DNA of 63,650 nucleotides, counting the filler, from Welwitschia mirabilis (lineage: Eukaryota): the NCBI GenBank assembly GCA_051453625.1. It is 9 parts of one record of this genome, joined end to end, with 100 filler letters (N's around TTAATTAATTAA, not from the genome) between each part and the next. Parts side by side here need not be neighbours in the genome. Positions count along the whole stretch, not along the records: positions 21,579 to 30,760 come from JBOZIK010000001.1; positions 30,861 to 36,803 come from JBOZIK010000001.1; 7 more parts are not named here. One strand, given 5' to 3'. Below, one piece after another: positions 25,690 through 36,903 of the stretch (positions are counted from its first letter, which is position 1; every line of letters starts with the position of its first letter). Below the pieces are notes generated by a model. It had not been told where the DNA came from. It saw nothing but the letters and a program-made list of their open reading frames with translations, and ran no database searches. Made by a program: the position numbers and the translations under genes.

Positions 25690-26083
25690 TTAAGAAATTT
25701 ATTTGATAAAACACATTAAATCATTTTTAGGCATTTATGGCATAAAATTCCTTAAAATAACTTTTAAGGTGTTTGTTACATAAAACATCTCAAATGGGAT
25801 TTTGTGATGTTTTATGGGATAAACCCACAACATCCATTTTAAGGTGTTTTATGTGATAAATGCCTCAAAAGGCTTTTAAGTTTTTTAGTGTAAAAACACC
25901 TTAAAATACTTTTTAAGGTGTTTTTATTAAAACATCTTAGAAATGTATTACAATCGTATAGGCTTTTAAGGCAATGTTTTTTAAGGTGTTTTATGAAGAA
26001 ATGCCGTAAAAGATTTTACGGTATTTTTCAAGGGCTTTAAAGGCATTTTATAAACACCTTAAAATCCTATATTTCTTGTATTA
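25690..26083 (+). mobile_element. CACTA (En/Spm) 3' terminus with subterminal repeat array; duplicated at 26379-26661
   Basis: Many direct and inverted TTTAAGGTGTTTT / AAACACCTTAAAA units, ending in TTTCTTGTATTA (26072-26083), two mismatches from the CACTA terminus TTTCTTGTAGTG. Confidence 0.7.
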
Positions 26084-27602
26084 TATGAATAGAATGGGTA
26101 ATAAGGGCAAATAATGATAGGTAAAAAAAGTAAAGACATGAATTTTCCTTATATACTATAGAGATTATTTTATATAATTTTTTGTATTAGATATATAAGT
26201 ATAGGGTTATAAGAAATTTGGATTAGTATCCTAGATTCTATTGTTGGTCATTACTTACATTATCATATCTTCTTACTANNNNNNNNNNNNNNNNNNNNNN
26301 NNNNNNNNNNNNNNNNNNNNNNNNNNNNNNNNNNNNNNNNNNNNNNNNNNNNNNNNNNNNNNNNNNNNNNNNNNNNNNTTGCGATGTTTTATGCGATAAA
26401 CCCCATAAAATCCATTTTAAGGTGTTTTATGTGATAAATGCCTCAAAAGGATTTTAAGTTTTTTAGGGGAAAAACACCTTAAAAGATGTTTTAAGGTGTT
26501 TTTATTAAAACATCTTAGAAATGCATTAAAATCATATAGGCTTTTAATGCAATGTTTTTTAAGGTGTTTTGTGAAGAAATGCCTTAAAAGCTTTTAAGGT
26601 ATTTTTCAAGGGCTTTAAAGGCATTTTATAAACACCTTAAAAGCCTATATTTCTTGTATTATATGAATAGAATGGATAATAAGGGCAAATAATGACAGGT
26701 AAAAAAAAAGTAAAGACATGAATTTTCCTTATATACTATAGAGATTATTTTATATAGTTTTTGTATTAGATATATAGTATAGGGTTATGAGAAATTTGGA
26801 TTAGTATCCTAGGTTCTACTGTTGGTCATTACTCACATTATCATATCTTCTTACTACCAATATCTATACTATCATGGTGTCAACACTCATAAAGTAAGAC
26901 TTATGAATCAATGAGTCTAATCATCATACTAAATACCACTATAAATCCAACATATATTAGTTTCTCCATGCATGCTTATGATTCTTATGCCTCATTATAG
27001 TGGTTATCTATATACATGATGAGTAACTATGAAATACCTCTACCTCCAAAGAAATATCACATTACAATGGATGATGATTCAAATCAACAAACATTTTAAA
27101 ATGTAATAATGAATGTAATAAATGGTAAAGCTTTAGATGATGATTATGAATTTATAATGATAAGGTCTAAACTTCCTTCAATATCTAATGAAAGGGATGA
27201 TTTTGAATAAGTAATTCATCTATTTACCATGAATGATATTATTTCCTCTTTTAAGAGAAAATGATTTCTTAACATGAACGTCTATTTTATAATATGTATC
27301 ATACAAGACATGAGATCTAGTTGCATATGATAATGCTAATGATGAATTCAAAAGAGCTTTTTCTTTGTTAAGGAGCTAGAGTCCTATCGATAATGAAAAA
27401 ATAGCCTAAAGCCAAGTTAGTAAGTGAACCCATGGACATTATTAAACTATCTTAAATGTATATTTTATCTACATCTAGTAATTGGCTGGAGATATCAATT
27501 TATGTTGCCTTTTAGATAAAGAGATAAGCATTAACTTAATTGCATTTTACCTTAACATTGGCATTAACTTTAACTAGAATGAAAGTTAACTTTGCTCATA
27601 GT

Positions 27603-28980
27603 TGATCAAACCTACTTTTACAAATAAAAACTATGGCCTTCATTGTAGAAGGATTCAAGTGTCATTCTCTCCTTGGGGATACATGTCTTAAACATATAGT
27701 AAAATAATTCATACTTTTAAACGAGCACAAATATTAAAATAATTTCAAAAGTAAGATTGAATTCAACAAGTAAGAATGGAAATCTTACTTAGCATTAATT
27801 TAAATATTTCAACAAAGTAAATATCTCTATTTAAAGATATAATGCAATTTCTTAGTTAAATCTTAAACATGTCAAGTTCATTGTGGCTTGGATCATGGTA
27901 AGATACTATCATTCACTACATAAGTGGTGGTGTAATCTCTTTGTAACTTGGTCCTTCATAACCTAGTCATAAGCATGACAAGTACGATATAACTCCTAAT
28001 AACTATTAAATGATTATGAGTTATAAAACCAAAATATGAACAAAACAAACTTCCTCGGGGAGGTAAATTACTTAACATTAAGATGTAGCTCCAAATAAAG
28101 TATTATTTCTAAAATGAGTCACACATAAAATTAATAAATAAAACTAATTCTTTATTTTAAAAAATAAAACGTATTACATTAAATAAGAAGATCTTAAGAT
28201 TTATATAGTAATATTGAACTACCCTTGAGTTTAGTCTATTTCTAAAGAAGGGAAACTAAAGAGACATGATAAAAGTATTCTTTCTCTAAAGATGAGTGCT
28301 CTCATTGTCTAAAGATTTAATGTTATAAGGTGAAGAACTTGGCCCTTTTTATCAATGAAACTATGGTTATGGTTTCAATACATTAGGTTTTCTAGTTAGG
28401 ATTTTACATTAGAATTTTATCACTTTTATGGAAGCAAGTAATGAATAATTTTTTTTGTAGTAATTAACTAGCCCTACAACTAGAAACTTAACATTTCTCC
28501 ATGGTAAATTTAAAATTTGTTTAAAAGGCATTCTATAAAAGTAACTAAAACCATCATATACGTAGCTAGCATCATTTGCATTTTACACAAGGACACCATC
28601 ATCTTTCAGCATAAGCTCTAGAATGTAGTTAAAAATCTAGAAAAGTTTTGAAAAAAACATATAAGTTTAAGTATGGCATTAAAAAAATGGAATACATATT
28701 TTTATAATTAAAATAGTTAATTTAATATCTTTATTATGATAAATTAGCTTAATACCCCTAAGATGAATGTCAATTTTTACATGTTAACACACCCTCCAAT
28801 TAGATTTGAACTAAGTTCTTAATAACAAGTGTGATAAAAAATGACTAACATGGATAAGTTACTAAGAAAAACATTAAACTATAATGTGAAGAATGATAAA
28901 CTTAAAAAATTTGATTAACTATTAAAAAAATCAGGTATTAAATTTAAAAATTTCTTTAAAAATGCAAATACCATATCCCC
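27603..28980 (-). mobile_element. Family-B-like Athila 3' LTR (about 27603-28789) with PPT and a short piece of 3' UTR
   Basis: The outer end aligns with 7808-7863. PPT-like ATTGGAGGGTG at 28800-28790. The left boundary is inferred from TGATCAAACC at 27603. Confidence 0.55.
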
Positions 28981-30684
28981 TATTGCGGTGCATTTTTGTG
29001 CAAATATTAAGTCCTTAAACAGATCCTATAAAATGCAAATATGTACAGATTTTACACAACATAGTATAGTCATATATATGGGAGTGACCCAAATGTCATA
29101 ATCCCATCAAAGGCATGGGAGAGAAGAAAGGGAATTAATTTCAAAAACAAAAACTATGTAACCTTAAAGTAGAACAAACTAACAATGCAAAATAACAATG
29201 CAAATGAACACACTATGCACATGGAATGCAAGTCCTAATCTAATTCCAACTTCTATCTGATTACCAAATCAAACCATCATAGAGATTATCTCTATGTAAT
29301 CTAGATTAATTAAGAAATATTATCACTAAACCAAGACCAACCGAAGCTATTAAGTACATAAAAAAAAATGAAAATAATGTAAGTTAATCTAAGAAATGAA
29401 ACACAATGAACCTAAAATAATAATGTGAATCTTAACAGAGGTTGTCCTTATGANNNNNNNNNNNNNNNNNNNNNNNNNNNNNNNNNNNNNNNNNNNNNNN
29501 NNNNNNNNNNNNNNNNNNNNNNNNNNNNNNNNNNNNNNNNNNNNNNNNNNNNNTTGTTCTTATGATCTATACCACCAAAGAAGCTATCATGGAATTAGAT
29601 CAACATAAATCATAAGGGAGATTCACATAATAAAAAGATATAAAAAAATAGAGTTTATATTAAAATCAAACCAACATTCATGTTACAAAGTAGTACCACC
29701 TCAATAAAGAACACATAGCCTAACATCAAGAAATATGTTTCTCTATAACAACAATAGATGGACCTCCTATCCTTTAATCACTTGTCATGAGAATTTCTAG
29801 TACCAAAGAAGATGAAAATGAATTCAAAGATGGAGGAGGTATTTATTATAAAATAGACTCTAAAATCAGAAAATAAAAATAGATGTGCTAATAACTACAT
29901 AAGAAGATACAAGCCACATGGCCAGAGTTTGGTAAAGCTTTATGAAGCATTTATTTTAGATGTTATCTTGCTTATCATTTGGATATCACAGGCGACAATT
30001 CCACATCATATGAGTTTCAAATTAATACTAAATTGATCTAGTAAGCATCCTCCTTAGCTTAAGTATTTCTATTATCTATACAACCATCCAAATGATTAGA
30101 TGGATGATGGGATTTTATGAAGTATTTCTTATATTACATTAGCCTCTTTGATTATAAAATTATTTCTTCAAATAGGAAGTATTATAAATTGCTTCAAATG
30201 TTATCAAATGTAATAAATATTGCATGTTTTCATGACATTTGCCTTAGATCTTCATTATTATCGAAACTTAGTACAAACTTATCTAATGTTTTGCAAAACT
30301 ACTCAAAATACCCTATCAAATACATACAATTTGGTAGTACAACATATCCTCCCACGTAGTCTTGTTAACCACTAACAAAAATGAGAAAACAACCATAATT
30401 AAGAGTTAAATTAATTAATAATAAATCAACTAGGAAACTATAAAATAAACTTAAAAAGCTTTTCAAAAATCTTAAAATGCAGGATAGCAAGTCAAAAATA
30501 GATAATTGAATATTTTACCTATGTAGTGCAACCAGTCATACTGTCATCCTGGTGATCATTTAAATGATGGAGGGGATGACAGGGTAAAAAATTATTCTTG
30601 AAAAATAGAAGCCTATAAAAATTTTTTCAAAAAGATAACATTAAATACACTAGTAATTAATAGCCTTCTACTCAAATGTATAGC
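28981..30684 (-). mobile_element. Athila family D 3' LTR (28981-30344) with PPT and 3' UTR
   Basis: TATTGCGGTG at 28981 is homologous to the other LTR ends. TGTTGTACTACC start at 30344 with PPT GTGGGAGGATA immediately upstream. Confidence 0.8.
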
Positions 30685-30760
30685 TGTTGCGGTGTGTATT
30701 TGTGCAATAGTTCACGTTCAAATTCAATCCTGTTAATTATCAATAAGATGCAAAATACAA
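30685..30760 (-). repeat. End of an A2 LTR inserted in the family-D 3' UTR
   Basis: TGTTGCGGTGTGTATTTGTGCAATA...AATTATCAATAAGATGCAAAATACAA closely matches 15609-15685. No PBS adjacent. Confidence 0.85.
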
Positions 30761-30860
30761 NNNNNNNNNNNNNNNNNNNNNNNNNNNNNNNNNNNNNNNN
30801 NNNNTTAATTAATTAANNNNNNNNNNNNNNNNNNNNNNNNNNNNNNNNNNNNNNNNNNNN

Positions 30861-32948
30861 GTTATTTCAACTAGAAAGGACTGATTCTACAAGCTAAATG
30901 ATGTCTTATGGTTTTATAAGATAGCCTACAAAACCCCTCTAGGCATGTCATCCTATATATGGGTTTATTAAAAAACATGCAATTTTCCTTTAGAGCTTGA
31001 GCACAAAGCATATTAGGCCATAAAACACATGAACCTTAACCTTGATATAGTAAGGGAAAATAGAATTATCCAACTTAATGAACTCGAAGAGATTAAGAAT
31101 GATTTTTATGAAAAAATAAAGCTCAACAAATNNNNNNNNNNNNNNNNNNNNNNNNNNNNNNNNNNNNNNNNNNNNNNNNNNNNNNNNNNNNNNNNNNNNN
31201 NNNNNNNNNNNNNNNNNNNNNNNNNNNNNNNNNNNNNNNNNNNNNNNNNNNNNNNNNNNNNNNNNNNNNNNNNNNNNNNNNNNNNNNNNNNNNNNNNNNN
31301 NNNNNNNNNNNNNNNNNNNNNNNNNNNNNNNNNNNNNNNNNNNNNNNNNNNNNNNNNNNNNNNNNNNNNNNNNNNNNNNNNNNNNNNNNNNNNNNNNNNN
31401 NNNNNNNNNNNNNNNNNNNNNNNNNNNNNNNNNNNNNNNNNNNNNNNNNNNNNNNNNNNNNNNNNNNNNNNNNNNNNNNNNNNNNNNNNNNNNNNNNNNN
31501 NNNNNNNNNNNNNNNNNNNNNNNNNNNNNNTTTACATTCACTTGAGTCTCTAATTTAGTTAACCCTAATAATGGAAAAGGTGAGCTTTTTACTTTCATGA
31601 TGTATCTTTCTTTCAAGCATTCATAGGGATGACATCACCTCTCTATTAGGGTAATAAGCCAATGCCCCATTTCATGCACCATGAATATTTATTTATAAAA
31701 AAAAGAAGAGAGAGAAAATAAGAGTAAATAAAAATTTAAAAAAAATTCTTGAATCATCTCACTAGAAGATGTCTTTTTGATCATTTCTATTAGGTTTAGT
31801 TTACTACATCATGGTTATGGATGCCTACTAGCAATACAAATCTAATGATTCATTTATGCTATATTCAACTACATCAAGGTTATAGATGATTTTTGGTAAT
31901 GTAGCACTAACGTTTACATGTATAACATGTCAAATTTATTAGAAGAAGGTACCACAACATAGAATGCTTAATATGATCAAATTATTAAAGCGNNNNNNNN
32001 NNNNNNNNNNNNNNNNNNNNNNNNNNNNNNNNNNNNNNNNNNNNNNNNNNNNNNNNNNNNNNNNNNNNNNNNNNNNNNNNNNNNNNNNNNNNATATGATT
32101 AAATTCTTAAAGCGTTATGATTGTAGAAAGAAAAAAAATTAAAAATAATTAACATGGAATTGGAGATTTTTGGCTGTGTATTTTTCTTAACTGATGATAA
32201 CTTAACATGTTTTTTTTACTAGACTTCTCTTGTAAATATTTTTTTCTCTCTTTTTTTACATTATCTTGATAAATGATTCATCAATTGGATACATAAAAGA
32301 ATTTTAATTTTACTTAATATGCCATTTTTATTTATTTTTTTCTTATTTATTCATTAGTTACATAATAAAATCATAATTTGCATCATTTCCTCCATTTACC
32401 ATTCCTTAATTCTATTTTCATATATTTCATATGCCATTTCATCTTAGGGAAAAAGCACAGAAAAAGCACACTTTATTTTTCTTGTGATGCAACCTCACCA
32501 TTCAAAACTCAAATATGTGGCAAATTTAATTTGAATTATTAATGATGACCAAAGATCCTATGGCTCAACTTTCATTCCATTCTTATAAAAACACATGAAT
32601 TATAACTTACCCACATCCCCTTATCTATGATCTTTGCATTTATACTGACTATTTCACCCATGCCTAATCCATGCCTCTAAGTATTTCTAACACCATTGTT
32701 TACCCCAATTAGTATTGCCATCTGTTTGTTTTTGCACATTTTAAGCATTTTTTTTTTGTAGCATCTTCATGAAACCTCTTATATTTTCAGTTTGTTGGTG
32801 ATCCTACATTTGATTCTGACATCTGTCTATTCTCTTGATCCATCTAATTTCTAATTTATCTTCTCTTTCTTTCCACTTTTTCTACTTACATGTTTTTTAG
32901 TTTTTACAACTACTTTGTAAATTTGTATTTCATGACATTTTTTATCCC
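30861..32948 (+). mobile_element. Canonical Athila integrase C-terminal fragment (30861-31131) and presumed 3' non-coding region
   Basis: KLNDVLWFYKIAYKTPLGMS...FPLELEHKAY*AIKHMNLNLDIVRENRIIQLNELEEIKN. The downstream part is assigned only by position. Confidence 0.7.
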
Positions 32949-35900
32949 TTTTTTTTTGAAAAAAGTTATGTATATTAAACTAGAAAATGTACATCAAGGG
33001 TGAAACTACACAGGAATAATAGGAAAACTAAACTATTCATAAAATGAAAGTAATCTAATAGCTGGTAAAGAGGGAATTGAGAAATAGACCAAAATAGGGA
33101 CAAAACCATCCCTCGATGATATAGTCATGGGGATNNNNNNNNNNNNNNNNNNNNNNNNNNNNNNNNNNNNNNNNNNNNNNNNNNNNNNNNNNNNNNNNNN
33201 NNNNNNNNNNNNNNNNNNNNNNNNNNNNNNNNNNNNNNNNNNNNNNNNNNNNNNNNNNNNNNNNNNNNNNNNNNNNNNNNNNNNNNNNNNNNNNNNNNNN
33301 NNNNNNNNNNNNNNNNNNNNNNNNNNNNNNNNNNNNNNNNNNNNNNNNNNNNNNNNNNNNNNNNNNNNNNNNNNNNNNNNNNNNNNNNNNNNNNNTGGAT
33401 TTTTGTCTGGATGGAGACAAAGAGCTTTCTTCTTGTAGCTCAATTTAATAGTCTAAGGTAGGGTTTTGTGAGAGAGCCCCATCATGATGAAGTGACATCT
33501 CTTTAGCCTGTGAATGGTTATTAGCATTACAACCCATCTAGCTACATTCATGTCGGTGTCCTCTTATGGTTGAGGTTAGATTTCCACTAAAAAAGAATCA
33601 GAAGTAGAGTTCTGTGGAGAGGTAGGGCTCAAGGCTGGAGTAGGAGAGCGTTGAGCATTTCTACCTTACTCCTAAGTATTGGATGATGGTTGATCCTGAG
33701 CTAGTTCTTGGGTTGTGCTATAATAATGTTCCTCAGCTATCTTCTATTGGGCTAGGTATGAAGACATATTCCCTAAATGAACTGAGGGCATTTTCGTCCC
33801 TCTATTGCTAGGGATTTCTTACGCAGAACTTTCTTCTGGCATAGGGTTTCTTTTGGAAGAGGTTCTTCTTATAGAGATTCTCCTAGGGGAAGTCTATTGA
33901 GGACGATAATGGTGTGTGATGGAGGAGCTTCTCTTATCCTAGTTTATTATGCTGCTCTCTAAAGAGCCAAAATTAATCTTGAGTACCTTAATAAATGCTT
34001 GTGTTTAAGAACTTGGATAAAAAATANNNNNNNNNNNNNNNNNNNNNNNNNNNNNNNNNNNNNNNNNNNNNNNNNNNNNNNNNNNNNNNNNNNNNNNNNN
34101 NNNNNNNNNNNNNNNNNNNNNNNNNNAGTACCTTAATAAATGCTTGTGTTTAAGAACTTGGATAAAAAATAATGGCAGGTTTACCTACCATCCTAAGTCA
34201 AGAGCTTTAAGAAAAGTAAAATAAATACTTAAAAGCTTAGAACAATTTCTTGATTAGATGAAGTAATGATCCATGAGTTTTGCACCTAGTCCCCAAGGGG
34301 GCAGGAACATCTTCCTGCTAATGTACTTGCTGGTTAGTTTAGAAACCCCATTGGGGAAGAAGTTGAGAGCTTCGCATTTTTCTCTGCTTTCAAATGGAAT
34401 CCACTGACCTTCTACAAGGATCTCAAATAGCTTGGAGAGGGAGTCTTTAAAGATTTCTATTGGAATTATTCGAAACGTGGTGTGTCCTCCTCTCCATCAT
34501 TTATAGAAGGGGGTGATATCAACCCCTTAGTCTCTTCTAAGCTTATGTAAAAGGAGTTCCTACCCCACCCCTTGTATTTTATTCTATAGAGTAGGGCATC
34601 CTTCGAAAAGGCTTGGATTAGAAGGCTTAATTATTGGAGTGGATTCCATCTTAACTTTGATTTCGAAGTGAAGGTGAAAGATCCTCCTTACTATATTNNN
34701 NNNNNNNNNNNNNNNNNNNNNNNNNNNNNNNNNNNNNNNNNNNNNNNNNNNNNNNNNNNNNNNNNNNNNNNNNNNNNNNNNNNNNNNNNNNNNNNNNNNN
34801 NNNNNNNNNNNNNNNNNNNNNNNNNNNNNNNNNNNNNNNNNNNNNNNNNNNNNNNNNNNNNNNNNNNNNNNNNNNNNNNNNNNNNNNNNNNNNNNNNNNN
34901 NNNNNNNNNNNNNNNNNNNNNNNNNNNNNNNNNNNNNNNNNNNNNNNNNNNNNNNNNNNNNNNNNNNNNNNNNNNNNNNNNNNNNNNNNNNNNNNNNNNN
35001 NNNNNNNNNNNNNNNNNNNNNNNNNNNNNNNNNNNNNNNNNNNNNNNNNNNNNNNNNNNNNNNNNNNNNNNNNNNNNNNNNNNNNNNNNNNNNNNNNNNN
35101 NNNNNNNNNNNNNNNNNNNNNNNNNNNNNNNNNNNNNNNNNNNNNNNNNNNNNNNNNNNNNNNNNNNNNNNNNNNNNNNNNNNNNNNNNNNNNNNNNNNN
35201 NNNNNNNNNNNNNNNNNNNNNNNNNNNNNNNNNNNNNNNNNNNNNNNNNNNNNNNNNNNNNNNNNNNNNNNNNNNNNNNNNNNNNNNNNNNNNNNNNNNN
35301 NNNNNNNNNNNNNNNNNNNNNNNNNNNNNNNNNNNNNNNNNNNNNNNNNNNNNNNNNNNNNNNNNNNNNNNNNNNNNNNNNNNNNNNNNNNNNNNNNNNN
35401 NNNNNNNNNNNNNNNNNNNNNNNNNNNNNNNNNNNNNNNNNNNNNNNNNNNNNNNNNNNNNNNNNNNNNNNNNNNNNNNNNNNNNNNNNNNNNNNNNNNN
35501 NNNNNNNNNNNNNNNNNNNNNNNNNNNNNNNNNNNNNNNNNNNNNNNNNNNNNNNNNNNNNNNNNNNNNNNNNNNNNNNNNNNNNNNNNNNNNNNNNNNN
35601 NNNNNNNNNNNNNNNNNNNNNNNNNNNNNNNNTATCCCTTCTAATACTTCTTATATGCATCATATTTTCCCTACTTTTTTAGAAGGATCTGCTTGGTTAG
35701 ATCAAATAGACAAATATTTAAGTCACTGAGTTTTTGACAAGCTTTACTAAGATGTTTTCTTAGATAGAACTCCTTATGATCAATTATTCAATCTCTGTAT
35801 TTGTAATTAATCAAATCACAATAGGGCTGACATCCTTCTTATAGTCTCTTTAAGATTCTATCTGGGTTAGTAAGAAGGCAATATTTAGGTTTCTGAATCC

Positions 35901-36803
35901 CCCAACCTCTTGATTTCTTTGGGTGGTTAATAGTCCTTCTTTTACAGAGATAAATTTAGTGGTGATTCTTTCCTCCTGACCAAATAAAATCCTTTAAGAT
36001 TTTATTGATTTTTTGTATAATATTTCTTGTGGGAGGGGTAACAGAAGCTATGTACCAAAAACAGAAGATTAAACAAGAGTTTGTAAGAATGATTTTAGCC
36101 TTTGAGGAGAGAAATTTATCTTGCCATAAGCTACATTGCCTTTGAATGGATTCTAAGATGTAATTCTAGGTATTTATTTTATGTTAATTTCAAAGAGGAA
36201 TACTTAGGTAGATATCCTATAGATATCCTAAATTTGTATTTAAGATTCAAGTGATTTCACCTCTGATACATTTTCTGCTCAAAGTGTGTATTCTTGATTT
36301 ATTTTAGTTAGTGTGTAGCCTTGTTGCCTTTTCAAAGATGTTCATGGCATTTTTTATTGCTTTTACTTGCTGAATGATACCCTGGTCATAATGATAGTGT
36401 TGTCTACATAGTGATTATTGAGAAAGGTTTGGCCTCCAATTCTAATTCCTGTAACTATGTTCCNNNNNNNNNNGGGGATAGGGGGTCTACTTGTTTCAAT
36501 CCTATTCTTACTGAGAAGAAATTTGATCTATGGTTGTTGACATCTATACTAAATTCAGCAAAAGCCTGCATGTCTAGGCAGAGAATAATAATATCTTAAG
36601 AAATCCTATTTTCATAAGAATACACTCTAAATCTTACTAACTAATAGAATCAAAAGCATTAGCAATAACTAATTTATCAATAAGAAGAGGAAATTTGTAT
36701 TTTTTAATAGAGTGAATGATATCATGAGTCAAGAGAATTTAGTCTTGGATATACCTAGAGTAGATGAAGTTGGCTTGGTTCTCTGAAATCACATTGGGCA
36801 ATT
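32949..36803 (-). mobile_element. L1-clade LINE, decayed ORF2 with long C-terminal extension and poly(A) tail; 5' part lost at a scaffold break
   Basis: RT motifs LPNVISENQANFIYSRYIQD*ILLTHDIIHS, NAFDSIS, GLKQVDPLSP and HYVDNTII (YADD position) at 36800-36390. A9 tail (T9 on the plus strand) at 32949-32957. Confidence 0.9.
33396..33520 (-). pseudogene. DnaJ/Hsp40 J-domain coding remnant inside the LINE
   Basis: RCHFIMMGLSHKTLP*TIKLSYKKKALCLHPDKNP vs J-domain consensus DYYEILGV...EIKKAYRKLALKYHPDKNP. HPD at 33413-33405. The remainder falls in the gap 33135-33395. Confidence 0.8.
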
Positions 36804-36903
36804 NNNNNNNNNNNNNNNNNNNNNNNNNNNNNNNNNNNNNNNNNNNNTTAATTAATTAANNNNNNNNNNNNNNNNNNNNNNNNNNNNNNNNNNNNNNNNN
36901 NNN

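Noticed and set aside
25690-26661. CRISPR-like or satellite array
   Set aside because: The units are short, occur in both orientations with irregular spacing, and end at a CACTA-like terminus. The context is plant DNA with no cas genes.
26662-27602. Possible DNA-transposon coding remnant
   Set aside because: No motif I can identify; left unassigned.
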